Shown in pieces: positions 1 through 10,278 of a stretch of DNA of 64,000 nucleotides. The DNA is from an uncultured Candidatus Saccharibacteria bacterium (lineage in GTDB: Bacteria; Patescibacteriota; Doudnabacteria; UBA920; 2-01-FULL-46-14). Location: the NCBI GenBank assembly GCA_964565195.1, contig CAZMCQ010000003.1:24080-88079 (forward strand), in the 5' to 3' direction. The notes beneath the pieces are model-generated. The model was given only the letters and a program-made list of their open reading frames with translations, was not told the DNA's origin and did no database searches. Every line of letters starts with the position of its first letter. The stretch's first letter is position 1. The position numbers were made by a program, and so were the translations under genes.

Positions 1-136
1 ACATCACGGTCAAGAAGACCACACAATAAAATTTTCTCATACTCCCTCCTTGGGTGTATTTTCCAAGTTCAGTCTAATGGAACTTATTGATTTTGCCAAG
101 TTCTGCTGGGGGCCCGTTGAAAGAATGATTTTTCGC

Positions 137-171
137 TTCCTGTCAAGACCCTTATGTCTTGACAGGAAGGG
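137..171. promoter_or_regulatory. Perfect 14-bp-stem inverted repeat (cttcctgtcaagac-cctta-tgtcttgacaggaag) upstream of the atp operon; possible operator or structural element
   Basis: Read directly: arms are exact reverse complements; no T-run follows, so not a clear intrinsic terminator. Confidence 0.3.
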
Positions 172-245
172 GCTAAAATAGGGAAAATTTAAGTGCCAAT
201 ACTTTCAAAGTTTGGCACTTTTTGTTATTCTTATCTGGTGTTTTA

Positions 246-475
246 TGCCAGATGAGAAACAAAAACCCCCGATAAATCGCGGCGAACTTATCTCCATTGC
301 CTTTGAGCTCGGCTTTATCATTGCCCTGCCTGTGGTGATTTTCGGACTTGGCGGCAAATGGCTGGACGCCAAAATGGGGACAGCGCCCATGTTTACATTG
401 ATTGGTATTCTCACCGCGATCGTCTCTACAAGTGTATGGATTTATAGGAAGTTTAAGAGTTACTTTAAACAATAA
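246..475 (+). CDS. AtpZ/AtpI-like small membrane protein preceding ATP synthase genes (ORF frame opens at 212 with TTG; ATG at 246 preferred)
   Basis: Two-TM small hydrophobic protein (ELISIAFELGFIIALPVVIFGLGG...) immediately upstream of atpB, typical position of atpI/atpZ. Confidence 0.5.
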
Positions 476-548
476 ATTTCTATGAATTTCGTTAGGGAAT
501 GAAACTGGTAGAAACTTATAGAAATTAATCGAAACTTATTGTAAGATT

Positions 549-1346
549 ATGATTTTCGCGATTCCTCCCTTAGCAGCAGAAACCATCTTTTCCATCGGCA
601 GCTTTCCGGTTACCAACACAGTTATTAATTCTTTTGCGGCCGTGGTTTTGTTTTTGATTTTGGGATTGATCCTCCGCAAAGGCACACAGGAAATTCCGGG
701 CAAGATGCAGAATTTCGCCGAGAGCATCCTCGAAGTGATTTTGAACTATATGGATCAGGTGACACATGACAGGAAAAAGTCCATGAAGTTTTTGCCGCTC
801 GTGGGCACGCTCTTTTTGTTTATTCTGATCTCCAACTGGATTGGCGTTTTTCCGGGCATTGGTTCCATCGGACGTTATCTCGTGCACGAAGGCGAGGTTG
901 AACTTATTCCGATCTTTCGTCCCGCGAACACGGACCTCAATATGACGCTCGCGATGGCGATTCTCGGCATCGCAATGACGCATATCTTCGGGATCATGGC
1001 CATCGGGTTTTGGAAGTATGCCAATAAATTTATCAAGTTCGGCGATATTTGGAAAAGTTTTCATAAAGGCGGCATTTCAATCTTTGTGGCCGTGGTGGAG
1101 TTTTTTGTCGGCCTCATCGAAATTTTTTCCGAGATTGCCAAAATGATCTCGCTCTCGCTTCGTCTGTTCGGCAATGTTTTCGCCGGCGAGGTGCTGCTCA
1201 CGGTTATGGCCTCGCTGCTCGCATTTCTCGTTCCGCTGCCGTTCATTGGCCTTGAGATATTGGTCGGTATGATTCAGGCCATCGTGTTTGCGATGCTTAT
1301 TCTGGTTTTTGCGAGCATGGCCACGACGGAAGTGGAGCATGGGTGA
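549..1346 (+). CDS. atpB: F0F1 ATP synthase subunit a
   Basis: Multi-TM protein with conserved LSLRLFGNVFAGE motif; operon context. Confidence 0.9.
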   Translation: MIFAIPPLAAETIFSIGSFPVTNTVINSFAAVVLFLILGLILRKGTQEIPGKMQNFAESILEVILNYMDQVTHDRKKSMKFLPLVGTLFLFILISNWIGVFPGIGSIGRYLVHEGEVELIPIFRPANTDLNMTLAMAILGIAMTHIFGIMAIGFWKYANKFIKFGDIWKSFHKGGISIFVAVVEFFVGLIEIFSEIAKMISLSLRLFGNVFAGEVLLTVMASLLAFLVPLPFIGLEILVGMIQAIVFAMLILVFASMATTEVEHG

Positions 1347-1349
1347 ATG

Positions 1350-1440
1350 TAAAAATGAAATATCAAAAATAAAAATGACAGTTAAAAATTTTAAAATTTT
1401 ACATTGTAATTTTACATTTTGATTTTTGAATTTTGAATTA
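1350..1440. repeat. AT-rich ~95-bp imperfect palindromic intergenic element, family D copy 1 (atpB-atpE spacer)
   Basis: Near-identical to 2653..2744 and related to 41620..41709; core aaatatcaaaaataaaaatgacagttaaaaattttaaaatttt...cattttgatttttgaattttgaatt. Confidence 0.55.
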
Positions 1441-1517
1441 TCGTTGCATCCGCCGACCAAATAAATCCAAAGAATAATTAATCGGTCGAGCAAGATGCGG
1501 AAAGGAATTTAATCATT

Positions 1518-1742
1518 ATGGCACTCGATGCAGAAACAGCCACGGTGCTGGCCAAGGGCATGACCATTGCGCTTGGCGGGGCGCTGCCGGCCTGGGCCAT
1601 CGGCAAGACGGCCTCGAAAGCGATGGAATCCATCGGCCGCAACCCGGAGTCAACGGACAAGATTTTCGTCCCCATGCTGCTCGGCATGGCCTTTGCCGAA
1701 GCCATCGCGATTTACGCGCTGGTGATCACCTTTATTTTGTAA
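1518..1742 (+). CDS. atpE: F0F1 ATP synthase subunit c
   Basis: 74-aa two-helix hairpin proteolipid, conserved GMAFAEAIAIYALV region. Confidence 0.9.
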   Translation: MALDAETATVLAKGMTIALGGALPAWAIGKTASKAMESIGRNPESTDKIFVPMLLGMAFAEAIAIYALVITFIL

Positions 1743-1747
1743 TTTAT

Positions 1748-2257
1748 ATGGCTGCGCCAGAACCAAATTTCATCGGCACCCTCGGCCTCAACTGGAAGCT
1801 GTTTTTGGCGCAGCTTGTAAATTTTGGTGTGGTGCTTTTTATCTTGTGGCGGTGGGTGTTCAAGCCCGTGGGCGGCGCTTTGGAAGGCCGCCGCCAGAAG
1901 ATCGAAAAAGCCGTGCGCGATGCGGAAGAGATTGAAAAACGGATGGCTGAAGTTGCGCAGACGACTGAAAATAAGATTAGCAAAGCCCGTGCCGAGGCAG
2001 ACGGCTTGATGGCGAAGGCCGAAAAGCAGGCGGCAGACATAAGAGAACAAACCGTTGCGGCCGCCCGTATCGAAGCGGAACGGATGCTCGCCGGGACGCG
2101 CGAGACGATCGAGAACGAGAAGGATAAAATGTTCAAAGAAGTCCGTGAAGAAGTGGCGGCCCTTACAGTGATGGCCGCGGAGAAGATTCTGCGCCAAGAG
2201 ATGAAACCAGAAAAGCAAAAAGAGCTCACGGCCGAGGCATTAAAGATATTGAAATGA
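1748..2257 (+). CDS. atpF: F0F1 ATP synthase subunit b
   Basis: N-terminal TM followed by long charged coiled-coil; operon position. Confidence 0.8.
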   Translation: MAAPEPNFIGTLGLNWKLFLAQLVNFGVVLFILWRWVFKPVGGALEGRRQKIEKAVRDAEEIEKRMAEVAQTTENKISKARAEADGLMAKAEKQAADIREQTVAAARIEAERMLAGTRETIENEKDKMFKEVREEVAALTVMAAEKILRQEMKPEKQKELTAEALKILK

Positions 2258-2652
2258 AATTTACCACCCGACAATATGCGCAAGCCCTTTTTTCGGCAAT
2301 TTCAGAAGTAAGTACGGCCGATCACGACAAGATAATCAATAATTTCGCGGCCATTTTGCAAAAAAACGGCGACCTCGGCCTTGTAGACAGAATTGAAGAA
2401 GAATTCCGGGCCATTGACCGCGAGAGCAAGGGAATTAAGCTGGCGGAAGTGACAACAGCGCATACCCTTACGGAGGAAGAGGAAAAACGTCTGGTGCAAA
2501 AACTCAATGACTACGTCAAGGGAGAAGTGGAGATTAAAAAACGCCTTGACGAAGGACTGATCGGCGGAGTGATGGTGAAGATCGGCGACGAACTTATAGA
2601 CGGATCAGTGAAGAGACAGTTGCAGGATTTGAAAGATGATTTGTCGAAATAA
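2254..2652 (+). CDS. atpH: F0F1 ATP synthase subunit delta (short, 132 aa)
   Basis: OSCP/delta-like C-terminal region (LIGGVMVKIGDELIDGSVKRQL); overlaps atpF stop by 4 nt; position between atpF and atpA. Confidence 0.7.
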   Translation: MKFTTRQYAQALFSAISEVSTADHDKIINNFAAILQKNGDLGLVDRIEEEFRAIDRESKGIKLAEVTTAHTLTEEEEKRLVQKLNDYVKGEVEIKKRLDEGLIGGVMVKIGDELIDGSVKRQLQDLKDDLSK

Positions 2653-2744
2653 TGCAAAAATCAAATATCAAAAATAAAAATGACAGTTAGAAATTTTAAA
2701 ATTTTAGATTGTAATTTTGCATTTTGATTTTTAAATTTTGAATT
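2653..2744. repeat. AT-rich palindromic intergenic element, family D copy 2 (atpH-atpA spacer)
   Basis: ~93% identical to 1350..1440. Confidence 0.55.
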
Positions 2745-4253
2745 ATGAAAACCGACGAGATTATTGGACAGCTAAAGAAACGCATCACTGGATTTCAGAT
2801 TGAGACTAAAATCGAGCGTGTCGGCGAAGTTTTGCAGGTTGGCGACGGCGTGGCATCCATCTCCGGGCTTTCCCAGGTCGCGGCGTCCGAAATCGTCGAA
2901 TTTGAGACCGAGGCAGGCAAAGTTTCGGGCGTGGTTTTGAACCTCGAAGAAGACCGGGTTGGCGCTGTCGTGCTCGGCGCGCAGGAAGCCATTCGCGAAG
3001 GCGCGCGCGTCCGCGCCACTGGGCGGATTTTGTCAGTGCCGGTCGGGGAGGGGATTATCGGGCGCGTGGTGAGTGCACTTGGTGTCCCGGTGGATGGAAA
3101 AGCAGCTGTCAAAAGCGAGAAATTTTACCCTGTCGAAAAGATCGCGCCCGGGGTTATCACCCGCGAGGGAGTCAAGACGCCGCTGCAGACTGGGATCAAG
3201 GCCATTGATGCAATGATCCCGATCGGCCGCGGCCAGCGCGAGCTCATCATCGGCGACCGCCAGACCGGCAAGACCGCGATCGCCATTGATGCGATCATCA
3301 ATCAAAAAGGCCAGGACGTGATCTGCATTTATGTGGCGATCGGCCAGAAAGAGTCCAAAGTCGCCAAAATTGTTGCCGAACTTGAGGCGCGCGGCGCCAT
3401 GGCCTATACCATTGTCGTCGTGGCCGGCGCTTCGGATCCAGCCGCGCTTTCGTATATCGCGCCGTATGCGGGCTGCGCGATGGGGGAGTACTTTATGGAC
3501 AAGGGCCGCGATGCTTTGGTCGTTTATGACGATTTGTCAAAACACGCCGTGGCGTACCGCGAAATTTCGCTGCTGCTCCGCCGGCCGCCGGGCCGCGAGG
3601 CGTATCCCGGTGACGTGTTCTATCTACATTCGCGCCTGCTCGAGCGCGCCGCCAAACTCAACAAAGATTTCGGCGGTGGCTCGCTTACGGCGCTCCCGAT
3701 CATCGAAACGCAGGCCGGCGATGTCTCGGCCTATATTCCGACCAATGTCATCTCCATCACGGATGGACAGATTTATCTCGAAACCGATCTTTTCTATCAG
3801 GGCATTCGTCCCGCGCTCAACGTCGGTTTGTCAGTCTCGCGCGTCGGCTCGGCCGCGCAGACCCGCGCCATGAAGAAAGTGGCCGGCAAGCTCCGGCTCG
3901 AGCTCGCGCAGTTCCGCGAGCTGGCGGCCTTCGCGCAGTTTGCCTCGGACCTCGATGAGAACACGCGCAAGCAGATTGAGCGCGGCAAGCGTATCACCGA
4001 AGTTTTGAAACAGCCGCAGTACGCGCCGATGCCGGTTGAACATCAGGTGGCGATTGTTTATGCCGTGACGAACGGCTTCCTCGACGACATTGCCGTGGAA
4101 AAAATCGCGGATTTCGAGCATAAATTCCATCAGTATCTGGATCGAAGTTATAAAGAACTTTTAAATCAGATCCGCGTAAAACGAGAGCTTGATGAATCGA
4201 CCGAGGCAAGACTTAAAAAAATAATTGAGGAATTTAAAAAGGGATATCAGTAG
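2745..4253 (+). CDS. atpA: F0F1 ATP synthase subunit alpha
   Basis: Walker A GDRQTGKT, full-length 502 aa alpha subunit. Confidence 0.95.
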   Translation: MKTDEIIGQLKKRITGFQIETKIERVGEVLQVGDGVASISGLSQVAASEIVEFETEAGKVSGVVLNLEEDRVGAVVLGAQEAIREGARVRATGRILSVPVGEGIIGRVVSALGVPVDGKAAVKSEKFYPVEKIAPGVITREGVKTPLQTGIKAIDAMIPIGRGQRELIIGDRQTGKTAIAIDAIINQKGQDVICIYVAIGQKESKVAKIVAELEARGAMAYTIVVVAGASDPAALSYIAPYAGCAMGEYFMDKGRDALVVYDDLSKHAVAYREISLLLRRPPGREAYPGDVFYLHSRLLERAAKLNKDFGGGSLTALPIIETQAGDVSAYIPTNVISITDGQIYLETDLFYQGIRPALNVGLSVSRVGSAAQTRAMKKVAGKLRLELAQFRELAAFAQFASDLDENTRKQIERGKRITEVLKQPQYAPMPVEHQVAIVYAVTNGFLDDIAVEKIADFEHKFHQYLDRSYKELLNQIRVKRELDESTEARLKKIIEEFKKGYQ

Positions 4254-4305
4254 AATTAACCTAATTATTCTAATTTCTAATTACCCTTAGAAATTTACAG
4301 ACGTT

Positions 4306-5202
4306 ATGGCATCCACTAAAGAAATCAGAAGAAGAATAAGATCAATCCGTAGCACCCGGCAAATTACGAAGGCCATGGAGCTGGTTTCTGCGGCGAAGAT
4401 GCGTCGCGCGCAGCAGCAGGCGCTCTCCTCGCGGACCTATGCGCGCCTCGTCTGGGAACTGGTTTCCAATCTCATGCCGCAGACTCATCCGGAGCTCCAT
4501 CGTCTTTTGCGGGAGCCGCAGAATGGAAGGAAAACCGCGATTATCCTGATGGCTTCGAACCGCGGCCTCATTGGCGCGTTCAATAATAACATTACTGCCA
4601 AAGGGTTTGACTACGCTAAAACGCAGAGTGCCGTTGCATTCATCACGCTCGGAAACAAGGGCCGCGAAACAGTCAAAAAAACCTCCGAGGTCGCCGCGGA
4701 TTTTGAGAAACTTGACGCGGCGGCGGATGTTCTGGAAATCCGGCCAGTCGCCAAACTGGTTACCGAAGATTTCATCTCCGGAAAATATGACCGCGTGGTT
4801 GTCGTGTACATGCGATTTGTGAGCACGCTTACGCAGGTGCCGGAAGTTCTGGAATTGCTACCCCTCCCTCAATCCCTCCCACAAGGGGAGGGAAAAGAAG
4901 GATATTCCTCCCCCCTGGGTGGGGGAGGCAAGGTGGGGGGCGAATACCTCTTTGAACCCACCCCTGACGCGGTCCTCGAAACCCTGCTGCCGCGCCTTGT
5001 CGAGATGCAGATTTACCAGGCGCTCCTGGAGACCAACGCTGCCGAGCACTCGGCGCGCATGGTCGCGATGAAGAACGCGTCAGACGCGGCGAGTGATCTG
5101 GTGGATGACTTGACGCTTGAATACAACCAGATCCGGCAGGCAGGCATCACGACCGAGATAAGCGAGATCGTGGCGGGAAGATTAGCACTGCAAGAGAATT
5201 AA
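4306..5202 (+). CDS. atpG: F0F1 ATP synthase subunit gamma carrying an in-frame ~26-aa Gly/Pro-rich insertion
   Basis: N- and C-terminal gamma helices conserved (MASTKEIRRRIRSIRSTRQITKAMELVSAAKMRRAQ; ...EISEIVAGRLALQEN); insert LPQSLPQGEGKEGYSSPLGGGGKVGG encoded by GC-rich palindrome at 4861..4945. Confidence 0.9.
   Translation: MASTKEIRRRIRSIRSTRQITKAMELVSAAKMRRAQQQALSSRTYARLVWELVSNLMPQTHPELHRLLREPQNGRKTAIILMASNRGLIGAFNNNITAKGFDYAKTQSAVAFITLGNKGRETVKKTSEVAADFEKLDAAADVLEIRPVAKLVTEDFISGKYDRVVVVYMRFVSTLTQVPEVLELLPLPQSLPQGEGKEGYSSPLGGGGKVGGEYLFEPTPDAVLETLLPRLVEMQIYQALLETNAAEHSARMVAMKNASDAASDLVDDLTLEYNQIRQAGITTEISEIVAGRLALQEN
4861..4945. repeat. GC-rich palindromic element, family A copy 1, in-frame inside atpG
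   Basis: tccctccc-acaa-ggggaggga and cctcccccc-tgggt-gggggagg hairpins; local GC far above flanks. Confidence 0.7.
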
Positions 5203-5209
5203 GAATTAG

Positions 5210-6631
<1,422 letters not shown>

Positions 6632-6690
6632 CTTATAGGTGTTAGCTTTTAGGGCTATAAGCTATAACCTATTTCCTATAAGCTAGTTTT
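6632..6690. repeat. TATAAGCT-motif hairpin element, family C copy 1 (atpD-atpC spacer)
   Basis: agcttatag ... ctataagct reverse-complementary arms; related to 42385..42476 and 39455..39492. Confidence 0.4.
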
Positions 6691-7125
6691 ATGGCAAAAA
6701 TGAAACTGAAGATAGCCACCCCCGAGCGTGTCATTTATGAGGCGGACGTAGATGCCGTGTCTTGCCCCACCGAAATGGGTGAGATTACGATTCTGCCCAA
6801 TCATATCCCGCTCGTGGCCAACCTGAAGCCCGGCGAGCTGAAAGTCATGGACAATAGCGAGCCGCGCTACATTTTTGTGGCCGGCGGTTTTGTGGAGGTC
6901 CGGCCCGGCAATGAAGTGATGATTTTGGCTGATGCGGCCGAGCGTGAGGAAGAGATAGATATTGCCCGCGCCGAAGAAGCGCGCAAGCGGGCGCAGAAAC
7001 TTCTTGGTGAGAAGATCCAAAGTGAAGAGGAGTACGCGGCCGTGGCGGCCTCCCTGGAGAAATCTCTCGCCAGGTTGAAAATCTCAAAGCGACGCAAATA
7101 TCGGGACGTAGGAAAAAAAATGTAA
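6691..7125 (+). CDS. atpC: F0F1 ATP synthase subunit epsilon
   Basis: N-terminal beta-sandwich plus C-terminal helical hairpin; end of atp operon. Confidence 0.85.
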   Translation: MAKMKLKIATPERVIYEADVDAVSCPTEMGEITILPNHIPLVANLKPGELKVMDNSEPRYIFVAGGFVEVRPGNEVMILADAAEREEEIDIARAEEARKRAQKLLGEKIQSEEEYAAVAASLEKSLARLKISKRRKYRDVGKKM

Positions 7126-7128
7126 ATT

Positions 7129-7137
7129 TGCTACAAT
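7129..7137 (+). promoter_or_regulatory. Extended -10 promoter candidate (TGcTACAAT) for the downstream hypothetical gene
   Basis: TG-N-TACAAT read directly; ~33 nt upstream of an AGGAGG RBS and ATG at 7170. Confidence 0.3.
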
Positions 7138-7169
7138 GTACAGGTTGGAATTTTGTTATAGGAGGAGTT

Positions 7170-7532
7170 ATGAGTATGCAACCTTTACTAATTTGCGCCT
7201 TGCGGCAGTCAGATACATACGTTGCGGATAAAACCGCGGAATTTGTCAGGTGTTTTCAAAAGCGACGAACGTCGGTCAGGCGCTTTCTGAAGGGAGTCAA
7301 ACCACCTGTAGACAAACGGGTGGAACTCGAGGTGCAGCTTCGTTTTTTTGTCCTTTTGGTGACTTTGCAAAAGGGCATCGCGGAAATTTCGCAGACAATG
7401 GAGCGGAAGCCACACAAAACCTTTGAGGTTGTGGCAAGGAAAATTTTGGTGCTCGAGCGTCTGCAGGGGGAGATTGCCGGGCGACTTGCGCGGGCCAAGT
7501 GCGAAATGCGCAGCTTGGTTAGGACGTATTAA
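7170..7532 (+). CDS. Hypothetical protein (120 aa)
   Basis: AGGAGG RBS 7163-7168, ATG 7170, followed by an intrinsic terminator; no recognisable domain. Confidence 0.4.
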   Translation: MSMQPLLICALRQSDTYVADKTAEFVRCFQKRRTSVRRFLKGVKPPVDKRVELEVQLRFFVLLVTLQKGIAEISQTMERKPHKTFEVVARKILVLERLQGEIAGRLARAKCEMRSLVRTY

Positions 7533-7551
7533 GAAGCAACATTTGCAAGGT

Positions 7552-7583
7552 GCGGATCCACCCGGGTCCGCCCCTTTTTTATT
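7552..7583 (+). terminator. Rho-independent terminator (gcggatcc-accc-gggtccgc + T-run)
   Basis: 8-bp GC-rich stem, 4-nt loop, followed by cccTTTTTTaTTT. Confidence 0.6.
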
Positions 7584-7602
7584 TATATGCTAAACTTGCT
7601 TT

Positions 7603-8970
7603 ATGGAATTCGTATGGCCGGATAGATCAGCGCTTTCGCAGGGTGGTTTTGAAATTGTCAAAAAATTGCGGGTCAAAGGTTTTGAGGCATTCGTTGCCGG
7701 AGGCGCGGTGCGCGACGCTTTATTGAAAAGGCCGATACGCGAGATAGACATCGCGACCTCGGCAACGCCAGCGCAAGTTAAGAAAATTTTTACCAAGACC
7801 ATACCGACAGGGGAGAAGCACGGGACGATAACGATAAGAATAAAAGATAACAATAATTATAACCATTATGAGGTTACCACATACCGCAAAGAAGGGCTGT
7901 ATCGCGATAACCGCCGGCCGAGCAGCGTTAAGTTCCTCAAAAGCGCCGAGGAAGACGCCAAGAGGCGCGATTTTACTGTTAACGCCTTATTCTATGACCC
8001 TGAAAAGAAGGCAGTTATAGACTATGTTTTGGGCATTGCTGATCTGAAAAAGAAGATTATCCGGCTTGTCGGCGACTCCGAAGCCCGGATTCGCGAGGAC
8101 GCGCTTCGGATGCTCCGCGCCGTGCGCATCGCGACAGAACTTGGCTTTGATATAGACCGCGACACCCGCCGCGCGATCCAGAAGAACGCAAAACTCATTC
8201 TCAAAATCTCCGCAGAGCGGATCAAACAAGAATTCGACCGGCTGTTAATGAGCGAGCATCCGTCAATCGGCATCGGCGTTTTGGACGTGCTCGGGCTATT
8301 GCAATTTATAATGCCCGAGCTGAAAAGGTGCCAGGGGGTGAGGCAACCGAGAAATCAACATTCGGAAGGGGATGTTTATGCCCACTCGCTCCTCGCGCTC
8401 GAGCAGGTGAATGAAGATTATGATCTTGCGACGCGCTATGCGGTTTTGTTTCATGATCTCGGCAAGGCCGAGACGCGCGTGGTACGACAGGGCCGCATGA
8501 CTTTTTACAATCACCCGCAGGTGGGCGAGACGATTGCGAAAAATATTTGCAAGCGCATGAAGTTCAGCCGTGCGGACAGTCGAAAAGTTGCGTGGCTCGT
8601 GCGTTACCACATGGTGCCTTTTGACTTTCCCGGGATGCGGCTTTCTACCCGCCGGAAGTGGGCGCAAAACCCGTATTTTCGCGATCTTTTGCGGGTCTAT
8701 TTGGCTGATGTAAAAGCCTCGATTCCTGCTATCGGCAGGCGCAGTGGACGACCAGTTGGCCTCCGCCAGGCCATTGATATTCTGCGCGAGCTGGATAACA
8801 AGCCGGAACTTTCCCTTCCCCTGATCAGTGGTTACGACGTGATGAAAATTTTGAAAATAAAATCCGGGCCAAAGGTCGGAGAGATACTAAAAAAAATTGA
8901 TGAACAAAAACTTTCTGGAAAATTAAAGTCAAAAACTGACGCGATAAATTTTTTAAAAAAAGAAAAATAA
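7603..8970 (+). CDS. cca: CCA-adding enzyme / tRNA nucleotidyltransferase with HD domain
   Basis: PolyA-polymerase head domain motif GGAVRDALL...DIDIAT, HD-type C-terminal region. Confidence 0.8.
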   Translation: MEFVWPDRSALSQGGFEIVKKLRVKGFEAFVAGGAVRDALLKRPIREIDIATSATPAQVKKIFTKTIPTGEKHGTITIRIKDNNNYNHYEVTTYRKEGLYRDNRRPSSVKFLKSAEEDAKRRDFTVNALFYDPEKKAVIDYVLGIADLKKKIIRLVGDSEARIREDALRMLRAVRIATELGFDIDRDTRRAIQKNAKLILKISAERIKQEFDRLLMSEHPSIGIGVLDVLGLLQFIMPELKRCQGVRQPRNQHSEGDVYAHSLLALEQVNEDYDLATRYAVLFHDLGKAETRVVRQGRMTFYNHPQVGETIAKNICKRMKFSRADSRKVAWLVRYHMVPFDFPGMRLSTRRKWAQNPYFRDLLRVYLADVKASIPAIGRRSGRPVGLRQAIDILRELDNKPELSLPLISGYDVMKILKIKSGPKVGEILKKIDEQKLSGKLKSKTDAINFLKKEK

Positions 8971-8982
8971 TCGCAAATTAAC

Positions 8983-9011
8983 TTGACAAAATCTTATCCA
9001 CATCGTAAAGT
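8983..9011 (+). promoter_or_regulatory. Sigma70-like promoter candidate (TTGACA-17-TAAAGT)
   Basis: Consensus -35 with 17-nt spacer; upstream of tiny basic-peptide ORF. Confidence 0.45.
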
Positions 9012-9125
9012 TAATGTATAAATTGTAATTTAAAAATTTGAAAAGGAAACAAAAAAGTTTCCCAATCAAAGATAAAAAATAATTAAGTCCCCGATTTGAG
9101 ATCGGGAGACGGGAGAAAAAGAAGA

Positions 9126-9191
9126 ATGGCTAAGAAACGCAAGAAGGCCAAGAAATCTTCTCGCAAGAAGAGCCGCCGCAAGAGAGCCTAG
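9126..9191 (+). CDS. Tiny highly basic peptide, 21 aa (MAKKRKKAKKSSRKKSRRKRA)
   Basis: GGGAGAAAAAG RBS-like stretch, ATG, stop, then intrinsic terminator; leader has two small hairpins (ggaaac-aaaaaa-gtttcc; cccgat-ttgag-atcggg). Not in ORF track because <60 aa. Confidence 0.4.
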   Translation: MAKKRKKAKKSSRKKSRRKRA

Positions 9192-9215
9192 GTACTACGG
9201 CTCCACGGCTAGTAG

Positions 9216-9248
9216 AAAATCCGCCTCATCGGCGGATTTTCTGTTTGT
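9216..9248. terminator. Bidirectional intrinsic terminator (aaaatccgcc-tcatc-ggcggatttt)
   Basis: 9-bp stem flanked by A-run on one side and T-run on the other; serves + small ORF and - tRNA cluster. Confidence 0.6.
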
Positions 9249-9259
9249 AAAAATTCTTT

Positions 9260-9338
9260 TGGCGGGCCCGACCGGATTTGAACCGGCGATCTTCTCCGTG
9301 ACAGGGAGACGTGTTGGACCGGGCTACACCACGGGCCC
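9260..9338 (-). tRNA. tRNA-Asp (GTC), CCA encoded
   Basis: Reverse complement folds as cloverleaf: acceptor GGGCCCG/CGGGCCC, anticodon loop CTGTCAC, T-loop GGTTCAAATCC. Confidence 0.8.
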
Positions 9339-9347
9339 CAACTCTAA

Positions 9348-9423
9348 TGGTAGCTGGGGTGGGGATCGAACCCACGACCTAAGGCTTATGAGTCCTTCGC
9401 TCTGCCAACTGAGCTACCCAGCC
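9348..9423 (-). tRNA. tRNA-Met/Ile2 (CAT), elongator type, CCA encoded
   Basis: rc = GGCTGGGTAGCTCAGTTGGCAGAGCG...CTCATAA...GGTTCGATCCCCACCCCAGCTACCA; anticodon CAT (Met vs lysidine-Ile not distinguishable). Confidence 0.75.
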
Positions 9424-9424
9424 A

Positions 9425-9501
9425 TGGTTGCGGGGGCGGGATTTGAACCCGCGACCTCAAGGTTATGAGCCTTGCGAGCTACCAGACTGCTCTACCCCGC
9501 G
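9425..9501 (-). tRNA. Initiator tRNA-fMet (CAT), CCA encoded
   Basis: rc starts CGCGGGG and ends CCCCCGCAACCA giving the C1xA72 mismatch diagnostic of bacterial initiator tRNA; anticodon loop CTCATAA. Confidence 0.8.
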
Positions 9502-9591
9502 TCGTCGTCCTTTAGGGACTTCGCAATATTACCACGAATTGTGAAAAATTTCAAGGCGTGTTATGGTATTAGAAAATGCCAAGGGGGTGTC

Positions 9592-10131
9592 ATGGATAAC
9601 AATCATTATTGGGGCCGGGAACTTCTCGGCGTGCTGGCATTGGAGGAACCAGAGCTGGATTTGCTGATCCATCAAGCCGCGCGCCTGAAAAATACATCGC
9701 CGCGTTGGCGTTGCGATATGGTCCGGGAAGTAGTGCTGGCTGTAATACCGCGCCACGCGGCCCGGCCAGACAAGTTTTTTGAGAAAGAACGAGAGGCTTT
9801 TTTGCAGGAAGTGCAGCAGCGGAATACCTTGGGCTGTGCAGTTAAGCACAAGTTCGGTTTGGACGAGCATTTCCATGTGCTGTACTTTCTGCTCGCCAAG
9901 CTCGCCGGCGCCGGTCAGCATCTGCGGCTTTGCGCCAAGATGATTGAACCCGGGCTGCAATACTCGTGGGTCGAGATCGTTGGCGATTTTGAAGTTCTGC
10001 ACGGCGGTAGAAGCGAAAAACATGATCTGCGGATCATAGATTTCACGCGGGAATTTTTTTCGGATCACGAAAATCCCTATCGGATTGACCAGCGTCGCTA
10101 TGAGGATGGCGAAACCGTAGCGGGTTTCTAA
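9592..10131 (+). CDS. Hypothetical protein (179 aa from ATG 9592; frame open from 9472)
   Basis: Coding-like Glu/Lys/Arg-rich composition; a competing antisense ORF (9529..10068) exists, so strand is uncertain. Confidence 0.35.
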   Translation: MDNNHYWGRELLGVLALEEPELDLLIHQAARLKNTSPRWRCDMVREVVLAVIPRHAARPDKFFEKEREAFLQEVQQRNTLGCAVKHKFGLDEHFHVLYFLLAKLAGAGQHLRLCAKMIEPGLQYSWVEIVGDFEVLHGGRSEKHDLRIIDFTREFFSDHENPYRIDQRRYEDGETVAGF

Positions 10132-10278
10132 AGCGGAGCGGCTCCTTGTTCATTTTGGGCAAGGCGCCGTTTTTTATTGGGCGTGTTCAAAATTCCGTTT
10201 TATGATATTCTTCAGGGTCAGGGCTGTTTTGCGGAAGCCCTGAAGTATGACATTTAGGTTAGAAAAGGAGGAAATTGT

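Noticed and set aside
212-245. TTG start at 212 for the atpZ-like gene
   Set aside because: No RBS; the N-terminal 11 residues are hydrophobic junk-like; ATG at 246 gives a typical ~76-aa AtpZ-like protein.
9259-9468. 69-aa + strand ORF
   Set aside because: Fully overlapped by three minus-strand tRNA genes (Asp, Met, fMet); translation MAGPTGFEPAI... is the reverse reading of tRNA T-arms.
9529-10068. 179-aa minus-strand ORF competing with the + strand hypothetical gene
   Set aside because: Not rejected outright: neither strand has a recognisable domain. The + strand was preferred for coding-like composition; strand remains uncertain.
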